32,088 nucleotides of DNA, taken from positions 1 through 32,088 of the forward strand of contig WJKB01000107.1 of the NCBI GenBank assembly GCA_014729345.1. The letters are read 5' to 3'. Positions 23,774 to 32,088 of the stretch are shown in pieces. The notes under the pieces are model-generated. The model saw only the letters and a program-made list of their open reading frames with translations, searched no databases and had not been told where the DNA came from. The position numbers and the translations under genes were made by a program. Numbering within the stretch: the stretch's first letter is position 1; every line of letters begins with the position of its first letter. The stretch is from Candidatus Woesearchaeota archaeon. Lineage in GTDB: Archaea > Nanobdellota > Nanobdellia > Woesearchaeales > WJKB01.

Positions 23774-24727
23774 ATGACAGACAAAAGACTTTTATCCGTA
23801 CTGCCAGGAAAGCTCCATGCCATGGCATATCTTCCTGAAGGTGACGGTCATATGTTGCTCAAAGAGCCTGGAGAGGACGAATTCACAGGCATCGACGAGC
23901 TGGCAGAGGAGGTCTCATCAGCTTACGGCGAGCCTGAGGCAGAAGATCTACGCAGGAGCAACATCGCCATAAACACGCTAAAAGAATGGGATGAAGAGTT
24001 CCATGACAGCGGAAAGTACAGCAGCATAGCAGGATGGCTCCAGGAAAATGGATACAGGAAGCCTCAAAGGCCTGTCCTATACAGCGCATGCAATACCATG
24101 AATGAGGCTGCAGCATGGACAGCGCCTGGAACAGGGATCCTTGGAGTGCATCCCCACACCTATGACATGCTCAGGAGCTATATCGCTGACAGGTACGGTC
24201 TTTCCATAGACGAGTCCATAGAACTGATCCTTACGCATGAATATTTCCATAATGCACAGGATACATATCTTCTAGAGAACGGCACTGAAACAGTGGTTGA
24301 GAGTGATGTTGAGGCCATGCTGGTCAGGTACTTTGTCCACAAGGCTGCCAATTCAGAGATGAAGGAAGAGGAAGCAAGTTACAGAAGACTTGCAAAAGCA
24401 GCAGCACAAAGATACTCAAACATCTCCAGGGACCAGCGACTCCAGGAGCTTGTTGAAAGATATGATAGTGGCGAGATCTCTGAAGAGGATTTCATGGAAG
24501 AATCAGAAAAGATATACAGCTGCAACAGCTGCAGCGATCTTGAAAGCAGGGCTGATGAAGATCCAGGCCATTATGCACCAGAAAAGGGCCCGGACCATGA
24601 CAGTTACAGGAGACAAGAGCAGGACGGCAGACAGGATTACACGGAAAAAAAGGAACAATGCGGTGATGAAGAGGATGAGGGCAGCGAAGAGAGTATAGAA
24701 GAGGAAAGCTCACCAGAAGATAGCTGA
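23774..24727 (+). CDS. Hypothetical HExxH-motif protein with an acidic low-complexity C-terminal tail
   Basis: 317 aa. It contains ...TGILGVHPHTYDMLRSYIADRYGLSIDESIELILTHEYFHNAQD... (HEYFH). The last roughly 70 residues are Glu/Asp/Lys/Arg-rich. TGAGGA lies upstream of the ATG. It is probably co-transcribed with 22925-23728 (45-bp gap). Confidence 0.55.
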   Translation: MTDKRLLSVLPGKLHAMAYLPEGDGHMLLKEPGEDEFTGIDELAEEVSSAYGEPEAEDLRRSNIAINTLKEWDEEFHDSGKYSSIAGWLQENGYRKPQRPVLYSACNTMNEAAAWTAPGTGILGVHPHTYDMLRSYIADRYGLSIDESIELILTHEYFHNAQDTYLLENGTETVVESDVEAMLVRYFVHKAANSEMKEEEASYRRLAKAAAQRYSNISRDQRLQELVERYDSGEISEEDFMEESEKIYSCNSCSDLESRADEDPGHYAPEKGPDHDSYRRQEQDGRQDYTEKKEQCGDEEDEGSEESIEEESSPEDS

Positions 24728-24799
24728 TACCAGAAGACAGGGAAGAGCTCCCTAAGATGCTGCAGCCAAAGATATCCTATAGCCTGATAATTCTACAGT

Positions 24800-25684
24800 C
24801 TAAGTTGATACTTTGGTTGCATGATCCCTTACTATGCATGAGATATAGATCCTTGCGAACGAAAAAACTGCAAGCAGAAGAATCACCATACACAGCAAAA
24901 AGCCCAATGATATCATCAGCCTTATGTATGCGAAAAACTGTACAGGTATGAGCAACAGAAGAGGCACTGCCAGCATGGCTGCAAGTATCAGGTACATGGG
25001 CACAAACTTCCTGTAACCCCTGAATCCCATCTGCAGGGTTTTCTTCAGAGTATCGGATAACCTATATCTCATCAGCAGCGCATATGAGATGAAAACGAAA
25101 TAAAGGTATACAAGCACCAGCAGGATCGAAGCATAGTTCAGGAAGGTCTGGCTCACCAGAGGATAAAGATTCTGGGTGTTCCAGAAAAGGATCTCCCGAA
25201 GGACAAAAAAGATCACCAAAAGGCCTGCAAGCCAGACCAGGTTCAGCAGGAAAAAGAGCCCGCTGTATCTGGCAAGAACCCTCCACGAGAACTTTCTGCC
25301 CCATACCACCATGTCAGTCAGGTACCAGTTGACACCCTGCAGAAGCACATATATAAGGAAAGATACAAGCACAAACACAGAAAGCAGCATCAGGAACTGG
25401 TTCATGTGAGCCATTAGCTGGGCCTCATTTCCTAGCACAGTGGCAAACTGTGCTGTGGTCATGGCCCCATAAGCCTCTACGGTAGCGCCTTCTGTCAGGT
25501 CTCTCACAGCCACAAGCTCGTCCAGCATCCTGAATGCGAAAAAGTTGAGCACAACCACAAAAAGGACGAAAAAAAGCAGATCAAACAGGAAAGGGAGCGC
25601 CAGATACCTCACCTTTTTCCTGAAAAGCTCCAGGGAGCTGAAGAACTCCCTATATACCATCGAATCTTTTATCCTGCTTATCAT
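24800..25684 (-). CDS. Six-TM integral membrane protein (hypothetical)
   Basis: 294 aa with six hydrophobic segments of about 20-25 residues (for example LPFLFDLLFFVLFVVVLNFFAF and LFFLLNLVWLAGLLVIFFVL). There is no SD. The start codon abuts the tandem repeats, and its first codons (ATGATAAGCAGGATA) are themselves a copy of the repeat motif. Confidence 0.65.
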   Translation of the reverse strand: MISRIKDSMVYREFFSSLELFRKKVRYLALPFLFDLLFFVLFVVVLNFFAFRMLDELVAVRDLTEGATVEAYGAMTTAQFATVLGNEAQLMAHMNQFLMLLSVFVLVSFLIYVLLQGVNWYLTDMVVWGRKFSWRVLARYSGLFFLLNLVWLAGLLVIFFVLREILFWNTQNLYPLVSQTFLNYASILLVLVYLYFVFISYALLMRYRLSDTLKKTLQMGFRGYRKFVPMYLILAAMLAVPLLLLIPVQFFAYIRLMISLGFLLCMVILLLAVFSFARIYISCIVRDHATKVST

Positions 25685-25835
25685 TTTATCAGTTTATCAG
25701 TTTATCAGTTTATCCTGTTGTCTTCCTATCCTGCTTATCAGTTTATCAGTTTATCCTGTTGTCTTCCTATCCTGCTTATCAGTTTATCCTGCTTATTGTA
25801 GTTCATAGTCATGATGTTGTCTTCCTATCCTGTTC
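25669..25835. repeat. Nested tandem repeats between the giant gene and the 6-TM gene
   Basis: The 8-bp unit TATCAGTT occurs in runs of 3, 2 and 1 (25687-25710, 25736-25751, 25777-25784). Two perfect 41-bp units lie at 25695-25735 and 25736-25776. There are seven copies of TATCCTG (CAGGATA on the gene strand) between 25670 and 25832. Confidence 0.9.
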
Positions 25836-25869
25836 AGGGATTGTCACGCCATATTTCTTTGATCATCTC

Positions 25870-28800
25870 CTACCTCTGCCTGTAAAGCAGAACATCTGTC
25901 TCAGCCTGGTTTCCGCCTGAATCTACAACTATGAGAGGAACCCTTACAGGTCCTGTCTGGGCAAGTACCCCTGTGTTAGCGGTCCAGGAAAGAGGGCCCT
26001 CAAAAATAGTGTTGCTGGTGGGCTTGTCAAACTCCTTAAGCTCCTCAGTGTCAAGCAAAACCCTCTGGATGCCTATGTCATCAGTGATCTTGACCATCAG
26101 GTCGTATCTTTTTCCCACTTCTACGATATAATAGCTATCATCCCTCTTTGCAGGCCCTGAGCCCTGTCCGTAAAAATTGATGCCTCTTAAGCTGACTTTG
26201 GGAGGGTCATCCTCCTCAGGTATATCCTCTTCTGCATAACAGGCTCCCCTGACGCAATACTGCCTTTCTTCGCCGTCGCAGTCCACTGCATCATCCGCAT
26301 CCCCGTCCATGTCGCAGTCGCAGGCCTCATCATTCCTGTCATCCTCACCTGTTTCGCAAGCAGGCTGCCTGTGGCAGAGCAGGTCGCCGTCAGACTCCTC
26401 ATAACAGTACATGTAGCTTCCCTGGCAGTCCTGGGGCGCTGTCCCTATCCTGCCGTCAAGGTTGCAATCACAATCATCAGGCTCTTCCCTGGTGCCGTCA
26501 TAGATGCAAGCACCCTCTTCAGCGCCGCTGCCCTCATAACAGTCCTTCTTGCTGAAAGCTGTGAAGGTCAAGGTGTCCTCCTGCAGTTCTCCATTGTACT
26601 CGATAGGGGCAGAGTCAGGCTTTCCTGAATCCCTGTCCTCATAATGGAGCGAGACATCCATCCTGAAGTCATTGTCAAACTCCCATCCTCCGGGCTCTAC
26701 GAGTGTAAGCCTCTCGGTCTCCTTGTCCTCGTCATCCACCGCAAGCCCTTCGACGATAAGGACAAAGCCGCTCCTGAACTCGAGCTTGATGCCCTCTTCT
26801 GGATCGTATTCACCTTCCCTGTCCTCAGCCTCGTCCTCAAGCTCGTCTTCTCCCTGGGTGACCTTATAGGAGAACTCGTCTTCATATCTTTTGGTGAACA
26901 GGATCTCGATCTTGTGGTCAAGCTTCTGCTTGTTCTCGAACGAGACTGAAAGCCCTGTGGCTTGTCCGAGGTTTGTCTCCCACCTGGGCTCAGGATCGGT
27001 CTCAAACCAGTTCTCCTCCACCTCGACGTTCGGGGGGAACCCGCCCTGGAAGTCGCTGTCATCCTGAAGGTCATATTCGCCGTCTTTTGACAGCTTAACA
27101 TAAGCAGGGCCTGCAAGGCTCCTTCCTGATCCCTCCCTGTAAAGATGGTAGAATAGGTACATGTTTTCAGGGCTTTCGCTGGTCGCGCTCTGCTTGAAGA
27201 TCGTTCCTTCAGTCTCCATGCTGTCCCCAAGGCAGAGATGGTCGGACCGCACAAGCTCAAGATCGTCAAAATAAGCGTATCCATAGTCACCCCATTCATA
27301 TCTGCAGTGGAATGTGAGTTCTGCTATATCAAAGCTGCAGTCAACAGGAGGATCGCCTCCCACCCTGCCGATGTTGACGCTGCCGCACTCCTTGGTGACT
27401 TCCTGGCCGCTGTTGTCGGTGTAGGAAACCTCTACAACAAGCTTGTCGTACCTGTAGGGTTCTGTGATCTCCTCAAAAAACTCCTCATTAAGGACCTCGC
27501 CCTGCTGAAGCTCCCCGTCGCCGACAGCAAGCATGTATTCCTGCTCTCCCTGGTTGTTCCTCATGCAGTCGCACCTGCCTGCTGAGTCGATATCAGTATC
27601 GCAGCTGTTGTCTCCGCTGCACACAAGCTTTGCCTCGTAGATCATGTCCTCTGCGCCTGAGACTATGAATATGCCCAGATGATACATGAAAGTTGCATAT
27701 CCCTGCAGCTGCGGGTTCTTGTGCTGGAACCTCCTTGTGCCTGTAAGCACGCAGGTGGTCTCGATAGGTACAGATATCTCCTCTTCCAGCAGGGTGTCAA
27801 GGTCCAGGTCCCAGTCACCGGTAAATGCGAAGAGGCATACTGCATGCATCAGCTTCCTGTCCACGAACATAGTCTGGTATATGGTGCTCTCGCCGTACCT
27901 TCCCCTAACGCTGTGCTGGACATCTTCACCTGAATTTGAGACATAGCTCATGAAACCTGTAAGGCCTCCCCTTACCTGCCCTCCGTATCCTTTTCCTGCG
28001 CCTTCTGAGATGCACTTGATAGCATAGTATATAAGGTCGCAGAGGTATATGCTCAGGACCTGCTTGCATATGCCTGCGCTGCCGTCGCCTGTGTACAGTA
28101 TCTGCTGGAAGCAGTTCTTTACCATGGTAAGTATCTTTTTCCAGTGCTCCAGGTAGGCTGTCATGCTGGTGAGGCATACGCACTGGAAGCTTCTCCAGAG
28201 GCCTGCAGTTGGATCAACAACATAGTCAGCTGCCTCGGCGCAGACAAGCTCATAGACCACAGCAGGAATATAGGTCGGGCTTGTGGCGCTGGAATAAGCA
28301 GTGTTCTCCTGATATGAGAGCATCTCCTCAAGGCCTGTCTCAGAGCTCTTTCTCCTGCATCCAGAAGGGTCCAGGATAGGCTGGGCAGTCTTTTTGATGA
28401 TATAGTCCTCGCGATCCTCAGGTACCTCGATGGCTCCTGGAATGGTAGTGCCCGTGGCCTGGGCAGGTTCAGCTGCCTCTTCCCCCTCTTCAGGGACACG
28501 CTCCTCATAAAGTCCGACATAATCAACCTCCCAGGCAGCGAGCCGGTCTCCTGCAGCATAACCCTCCTGCTCCTGGGCAAGCTCAGGAGTGTATTCGTCA
28601 ACAAGGTAATATCTCGGGCTCCGGCCTGTAGGATTGTCCACGATGACAGTCCTTCCCTTGGCGGTCTTGTCGCAGATGCTGCCAAGGTTCCTCATGAACC
28701 CCTGCACAGTGCCGCAGGTCACGCCTGCAGCAGCCTCTTCAGACGGAAGAGGGCTGGTTATGCAGAAGCTCTCCTTGAGTTCGTTCATGCCCATGCATGC

Positions 28801-31800
28801 ACTGTCCCACTGCCTCAGGTACTCCACCTCGCAGCAGTCAGGATCAGGAGCTCCCCAAGGGTCTGCTCCCTGGGCTGTTGGGAAACGGACCTCTACCATC
28901 TCAGGCTGGCTGCACTCATCCCACATCTCATCGTTCCTGCTGACAGTATAGTCTGGCTCGGTGTTCTTGAGCATGCAGTGGGAGTATTTCCTGTCAGAGC
29001 CTGTGCGCCTGGCCTCTGCCTTGGCATCCCTGATATATTTTTGTATCGAAGGGGCGCTGGGGCACATTATCCTGTCGCACAGCCACTGCACCTTGGTCTC
29101 CCAAAACTTTATGGTATTGGCCCTGGCTTCTAGGCAGGACCTGCAGGTCTCAGCCTGCTCGCCCCCTGTATCTGTCCTGCAGGTAGCAGGATCTATCAGG
29201 TTCATGGGATCGCTGCTCACGCAGCTGGACCATTCGCTGGCCTTCTTGAGCCACCAGATGACCCATGAGCCCATACAAGCAACAAATATCCATTTCTTCA
29301 GCTCCTTGAGGGGCTTGAGCACATGGTCTATAAGGTCTATCACGTTCTCGAGTATCTCGATAAGGGACTCCAGAAGCTCTTCAGGCACCTTGTCAGAGGG
29401 AAATCTCCTGTCTATGGCCACTTCCACGTCCCAGCACTGCCTCTGGGTCCTTGCGGTGAAGTCAGACTTGTTGTGCGGATCCTTGTAAGAGTAGTCTATC
29501 CTGAGCATGAGAGGAAGCTTGACACAGCCGTATCCTGGAAGGGCGCAGTCATCCAGCCTGTGCTTGCTGAGGTTCTCCTCCTGCTCCAAAGTGGTGTTGC
29601 CTGCAGCCTCTGCTCCGTAAGGGGAGTTCACGTCTATAAGGAAATAAAGGTTCTCATAGTCATCAGAATAGGAAGTGTCAACATGTCCGAGCCATTCCTC
29701 GTCATAATCCTCAGCTGTCTCTGCGTTCATGGGCTGGATGGTTATCATAGGCGTGCTGGTGATGGTGGCCTCCTCGTCATCTCCAGGGCCTCTCCATTCC
29801 AAGCTGACATCCAGGCCTATGGTGGCATACCCTTCAAGCAGGTACCTTGGGTTAAGGATCTCAGGGGTCGCATCTCCCACGCTGACCCTCCAATGGGTGC
29901 CGTAACCGCAAAGTGCGTATATGATCACATCCTCTATGCTGCTGTTCTGGCCGCCCCTGTCCATAGCGACTATGGTTATCCGGTTGTCCCATGCGTTCCC
30001 TGACTCAAAGTCAGCCTCAGCGCTGTAGGTTCCCCCATAATATCCATACTCAAACTCTCTCCTGAGCCTGACCTCCTGCTCAAAATAACCTGTATTGTCT
30101 GTGGCAGTGGTGTATTCAGGGCTGGTGTCATTGTTGATGTAGATATATATCTCAGCCCACTCGCTCATGTTGCCCCTGATTTTTACCTCTGATATATATG
30201 TGGGGGAAAGCTCGATGATGTTGGTGTAAAGGAACTCAGGAGGGTTAAGGTCATAAAAGACAGTGCCTCCTGCCTCATCTGTATTGCCTGCGACATCCCT
30301 TGCCACGACCCTTATCTCATTAGTTCCTTCCCTTAGGGATATGGTCTCGGTGAACTGGTCTTCAGCCTCTATGGACATGAGAGCAGCAGCCTCTTCACAG
30401 GGCAGAGCTATGCTTTCAGGCTTCTGCTGGACCGCTGTGCCGTTGGGCATGGCTGTGACAGTAACTGACGAGGACTTTGACCCCTGATTGCAGCTCTGGT
30501 CCACTGCAGTCACCTGGTAGGTGTATCTCTCGTCTGTGCTTATAGAACTGTCTGTATAGGAAGTTGTGCTGGAATAGGCGATAGGGCCGACATCTGACCT
30601 GTAGATCATGTAGAAATCCAGGTCATCATCCTCCACCTCATCCCACCTGAGCGTAACAGAGTTTGGGCCCAGGTCAGTGTAGGAAAGGTTTGAAGGCCTT
30701 GCCGGCGGAGAGGTGTCCTCCTTTTCAGTCAGGGAAGAATAGAACTCCACTGTGCAGGGCTCGCTTACAGTGCCGTTGATGGTGACGCTTCCTGCAGTGG
30801 ACTTTTCAGGGATGCTGCCTATAGTCAGCACAGGGGGCTTTACGTCCACAGAGATGTTGTATGATGCATCTGCAGTGTTTCCACCTGCATCCTCTGCCAC
30901 AAAGTAGAGGGAGTTGGTGGCCAGCTGGGTGTTGAGCCGGACCCCTTTCAGGGTGACTGTCCCGTCTGCTGTCGCATCCCTGCTGAGCATCCTCCTGTAG
31001 ACGCCGTTCACATAGAGCCTGACAGTTGCCCTTGGCTCAGTGGTGCCTGTAAGGTCTATGCTTCCGCTGTTATGCCAGTCAGGCACCTCTATATCCAGGA
31101 AAGGCGGCTCTGTGTCAAATGCGCCTGTAACAAAAGAGTCCACAGATGATCTGGCGCAGTTGCCGCTCTGGTCGCAGCTTTCTGCCATGAAGAATATCTC
31201 AGTATCGTTGGTCAGGCCTGAGATGGCTGCAGAATGTTCGGTTACGTATTCCTGTATGCTGAAGTTCTGTCCCAGCGCTGAGGTATTTCCGTAGAGCAGA
31301 GTGGTGGTGGAAGGCTCGTCTGTCTTCCAGGATATTGTCGCAGCTGTCTCTGTTATGGAGGATCTTGTGATGTTGGAAAGGGTGGGAGGGGTGGTGTCAG
31401 GAGGTGCGGTGCTGACTGTCAGTGCAGCCTTTTCACCTTCTTCACCGTCAGTATTGACTGCAGATACCTCGTAAACATAAGAGGTTCCAGGCTCCAGGCT
31501 GGAATCAGTATAGTAGGACATGGACACAGAAGAGATGTTCGCAGCGACCTGGCTGTCCCTGTAAACAAGATAATGGGCAAACACGTCAGACCTGCTCTGG
31601 TTCCATTCAAGCTCGACCTCTGTACGGGTAAGGCTGACGTTCCTGAGGCCGGCGACCTTTTCAGGAGGAACAACACCAAGGGTGGTGAAAGACCTCACAT
31701 CTGTCTCTGAGCATCCCTGCGGAGAAGCGCTCTGGTCGCAGCTCCTGATCCTGTAGAAATACTGGGCCTCCATCTGAAGACCTGTCAGCGAGGCAAGATG

Positions 31801-32052
31801 ACCCTCACTGTAGCCCCCTCTAGCCTCAAACTTGTTGAGATAGTCCATATTTGCAGAGTATTCAACATAAGTAGAGGCAGGTATGTCAGTGGTCCAGATA
31901 ACATCAGCGCTGGTGCTCCTGACATCCACGTTGATGTTGGATATCTTAGGCTGCTGGGCCCCGAAAACATCTGCTGCATGGAAAGGCAGGAATAGCATGA
32001 GCTCTATGCAAAACACTGCTACAAACTGCCAAAACATGTTCTTGGTAATCAT
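25870..32052 (-). CDS. Giant secreted surface protein (2060 aa) with signal peptide, FN3-like and Ig-like domains, a large Cys-rich region of unknown fold and Asp/Cys calcium-binding-like repeats
   Basis: This is a single uninterrupted ORF. The N-terminus MITKNMFWQFVAVFCIELMLFLPFHAADV looks like a Sec signal. At least four FN3-like modules are present (for example VSLTRTEVELEWNQSRS...YLVYRD...YVYEVSAVN and SVTLRWDEVEDDD...YMIYRS...YTYQVTAVD). Ig-like modules have a PP(V/F)L boundary motif. The central roughly 1100 aa is rich in Cys with no motif I recognise. CDCDMDGDADDAVDCDG-type repeats lie near the C-terminus. There is no C-terminal anchor. Confidence 0.85.
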   Translation of the reverse strand: MITKNMFWQFVAVFCIELMLFLPFHAADVFGAQQPKISNINVDVRSTSADVIWTTDIPASTYVEYSANMDYLNKFEARGGYSEGHLASLTGLQMEAQYFYRIRSCDQSASPQGCSETDVRSFTTLGVVPPEKVAGLRNVSLTRTEVELEWNQSRSDVFAHYLVYRDSQVAANISSVSMSYYTDSSLEPGTSYVYEVSAVNTDGEEGEKAALTVSTAPPDTTPPTLSNITRSSITETAATISWKTDEPSTTTLLYGNTSALGQNFSIQEYVTEHSAAISGLTNDTEIFFMAESCDQSGNCARSSVDSFVTGAFDTEPPFLDIEVPDWHNSGSIDLTGTTEPRATVRLYVNGVYRRMLSRDATADGTVTLKGVRLNTQLATNSLYFVAEDAGGNTADASYNISVDVKPPVLTIGSIPEKSTAGSVTINGTVSEPCTVEFYSSLTEKEDTSPPARPSNLSYTDLGPNSVTLRWDEVEDDDLDFYMIYRSDVGPIAYSSTTSYTDSSISTDERYTYQVTAVDQSCNQGSKSSSVTVTAMPNGTAVQQKPESIALPCEEAAALMSIEAEDQFTETISLREGTNEIRVVARDVAGNTDEAGGTVFYDLNPPEFLYTNIIELSPTYISEVKIRGNMSEWAEIYIYINNDTSPEYTTATDNTGYFEQEVRLRREFEYGYYGGTYSAEADFESGNAWDNRITIVAMDRGGQNSSIEDVIIYALCGYGTHWRVSVGDATPEILNPRYLLEGYATIGLDVSLEWRGPGDDEEATITSTPMITIQPMNAETAEDYDEEWLGHVDTSYSDDYENLYFLIDVNSPYGAEAAGNTTLEQEENLSKHRLDDCALPGYGCVKLPLMLRIDYSYKDPHNKSDFTARTQRQCWDVEVAIDRRFPSDKVPEELLESLIEILENVIDLIDHVLKPLKELKKWIFVACMGSWVIWWLKKASEWSSCVSSDPMNLIDPATCRTDTGGEQAETCRSCLEARANTIKFWETKVQWLCDRIMCPSAPSIQKYIRDAKAEARRTGSDRKYSHCMLKNTEPDYTVSRNDEMWDECSQPEMVEVRFPTAQGADPWGAPDPDCCEVEYLRQWDSACMGMNELKESFCITSPLPSEEAAAGVTCGTVQGFMRNLGSICDKTAKGRTVIVDNPTGRSPRYYLVDEYTPELAQEQEGYAAGDRLAAWEVDYVGLYEERVPEEGEEAAEPAQATGTTIPGAIEVPEDREDYIIKKTAQPILDPSGCRRKSSETGLEEMLSYQENTAYSSATSPTYIPAVVYELVCAEAADYVVDPTAGLWRSFQCVCLTSMTAYLEHWKKILTMVKNCFQQILYTGDGSAGICKQVLSIYLCDLIYYAIKCISEGAGKGYGGQVRGGLTGFMSYVSNSGEDVQHSVRGRYGESTIYQTMFVDRKLMHAVCLFAFTGDWDLDLDTLLEEEISVPIETTCVLTGTRRFQHKNPQLQGYATFMYHLGIFIVSGAEDMIYEAKLVCSGDNSCDTDIDSAGRCDCMRNNQGEQEYMLAVGDGELQQGEVLNEEFFEEITEPYRYDKLVVEVSYTDNSGQEVTKECGSVNIGRVGGDPPVDCSFDIAELTFHCRYEWGDYGYAYFDDLELVRSDHLCLGDSMETEGTIFKQSATSESPENMYLFYHLYREGSGRSLAGPAYVKLSKDGEYDLQDDSDFQGGFPPNVEVEENWFETDPEPRWETNLGQATGLSVSFENKQKLDHKIEILFTKRYEDEFSYKVTQGEDELEDEAEDREGEYDPEEGIKLEFRSGFVLIVEGLAVDDEDKETERLTLVEPGGWEFDNDFRMDVSLHYEDRDSGKPDSAPIEYNGELQEDTLTFTAFSKKDCYEGSGAEEGACIYDGTREEPDDCDCNLDGRIGTAPQDCQGSYMYCYEESDGDLLCHRQPACETGEDDRNDEACDCDMDGDADDAVDCDGEERQYCVRGACYAEEDIPEEDDPPKVSLRGINFYGQGSGPAKRDDSYYIVEVGKRYDLMVKITDDIGIQRVLLDTEELKEFDKPTSNTIFEGPLSWTANTGVLAQTGPVRVPLIVVDSGGNQAETDVLLYRQR

Positions 32053-32088
32053 GGTATCTTCTTTGCGTGTTCTGTCCTCTTTTTGACC

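Noticed and set aside
25545-25808. 87-aa plus-strand ORF reading through the tandem repeats (LSVYQFISLS... repeated peptide)
   Set aside because: Its periodic sequence is simply the translation of the DNA repeats. It overlaps the start of the well-supported 6-TM gene on the other strand and has no start context.
22751-25832. Inverted copies of the GATAGGA...CAACATCATGA motif as terminal inverted repeats of a mobile element carrying the three genes between them
   Set aside because: There is no transposase or integrase and no flanking target-site duplication. Each copy has the same orientation and a similar distance relative to its downstream gene, which fits promoter-associated elements better.
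25669-25835. Possible CRISPR array
   Set aside because: The repeat units are 8 and 41 bp and directly abut each other without unique spacers of regular length. No cas genes are present.
29248-29292. Internal hydrophobic stretch of the giant protein as a true transmembrane helix
   Set aside because: It has only 15 hydrophobic residues and lies in the middle of a Cys-rich, presumably extracellular region. I kept it as a note within the giant-protein finding rather than as a feature.
26697-30003. Several 100-226-aa ORFs inside the giant gene in other frames or strands (for example 26697-27299, 28161-28685, 28961-29488, 29323-30003)
   Set aside because: They are shadow ORFs nested in a 6.2-kb uninterrupted reading frame with coherent domain content. 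Their translations are low-complexity, Ser/Arg/Leu-rich, and carry no motifs.

Overview
This 32 kb window looks like a chromosomal segment from an archaeon. The evidence is TATA boxes centred about 27 nt upstream of start codons (leaderless-type promoters), GGTGA-type ribosome-binding sites elsewhere, two tRNA genes that each carry two bulge-helix-bulge (BHB) introns, and no encoded CCA. Heavy use of AGR and ATA codons and a giant Cys-rich surface protein suggest a small-genome, DPANN-like lineage, but that is inference only.

Gene order:
- srp54 (5' part, -)
- MBL-fold hydrolase (+)
- thrS and hom (-), preceded by a candidate Thr-rich leader peptide
- DapA-family aldolase (+)
- a six-gene vWA/MoxR/DUF58 (Bat-like) cluster (+)
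- M29 aminopeptidase (+)
- tRNA-dihydrouridine synthase (-)
- tRNA-Thr(GGU) (-)
- Cys-rich membrane protein (+)
- a palindrome-dense non-coding stretch
- tRNA-Leu(UAA) (-)
- small HExxH protein (-)
- DUF4349 protein (+)
- UvrD-family helicase with RecQ-type RQC and HRDC domains (-)
- duplicated-NTase plus HEPN protein (-)
- a 474 bp AT-rich control region
- two hypothetical proteins, one with HExxH (+)
- 6-TM protein (-)
- nested tandem repeats
- a 2060-aa secreted FN3/Ig/Cys-rich giant protein (-)

No rRNA, CRISPR array, transposase or integrase was seen.

The most unusual observations are:
- a leaderless Thr-codon-run uORF upstream of hom, with a hairpin and start-codon pairing switch;
- non-canonical tRNA introns with near-perfect BHB motifs;
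- a repeat and motif family shared by three promoter regions around the accessory block at 20.5-32 kb.

All protein family calls come from motif recognition by eye. No database search was run.
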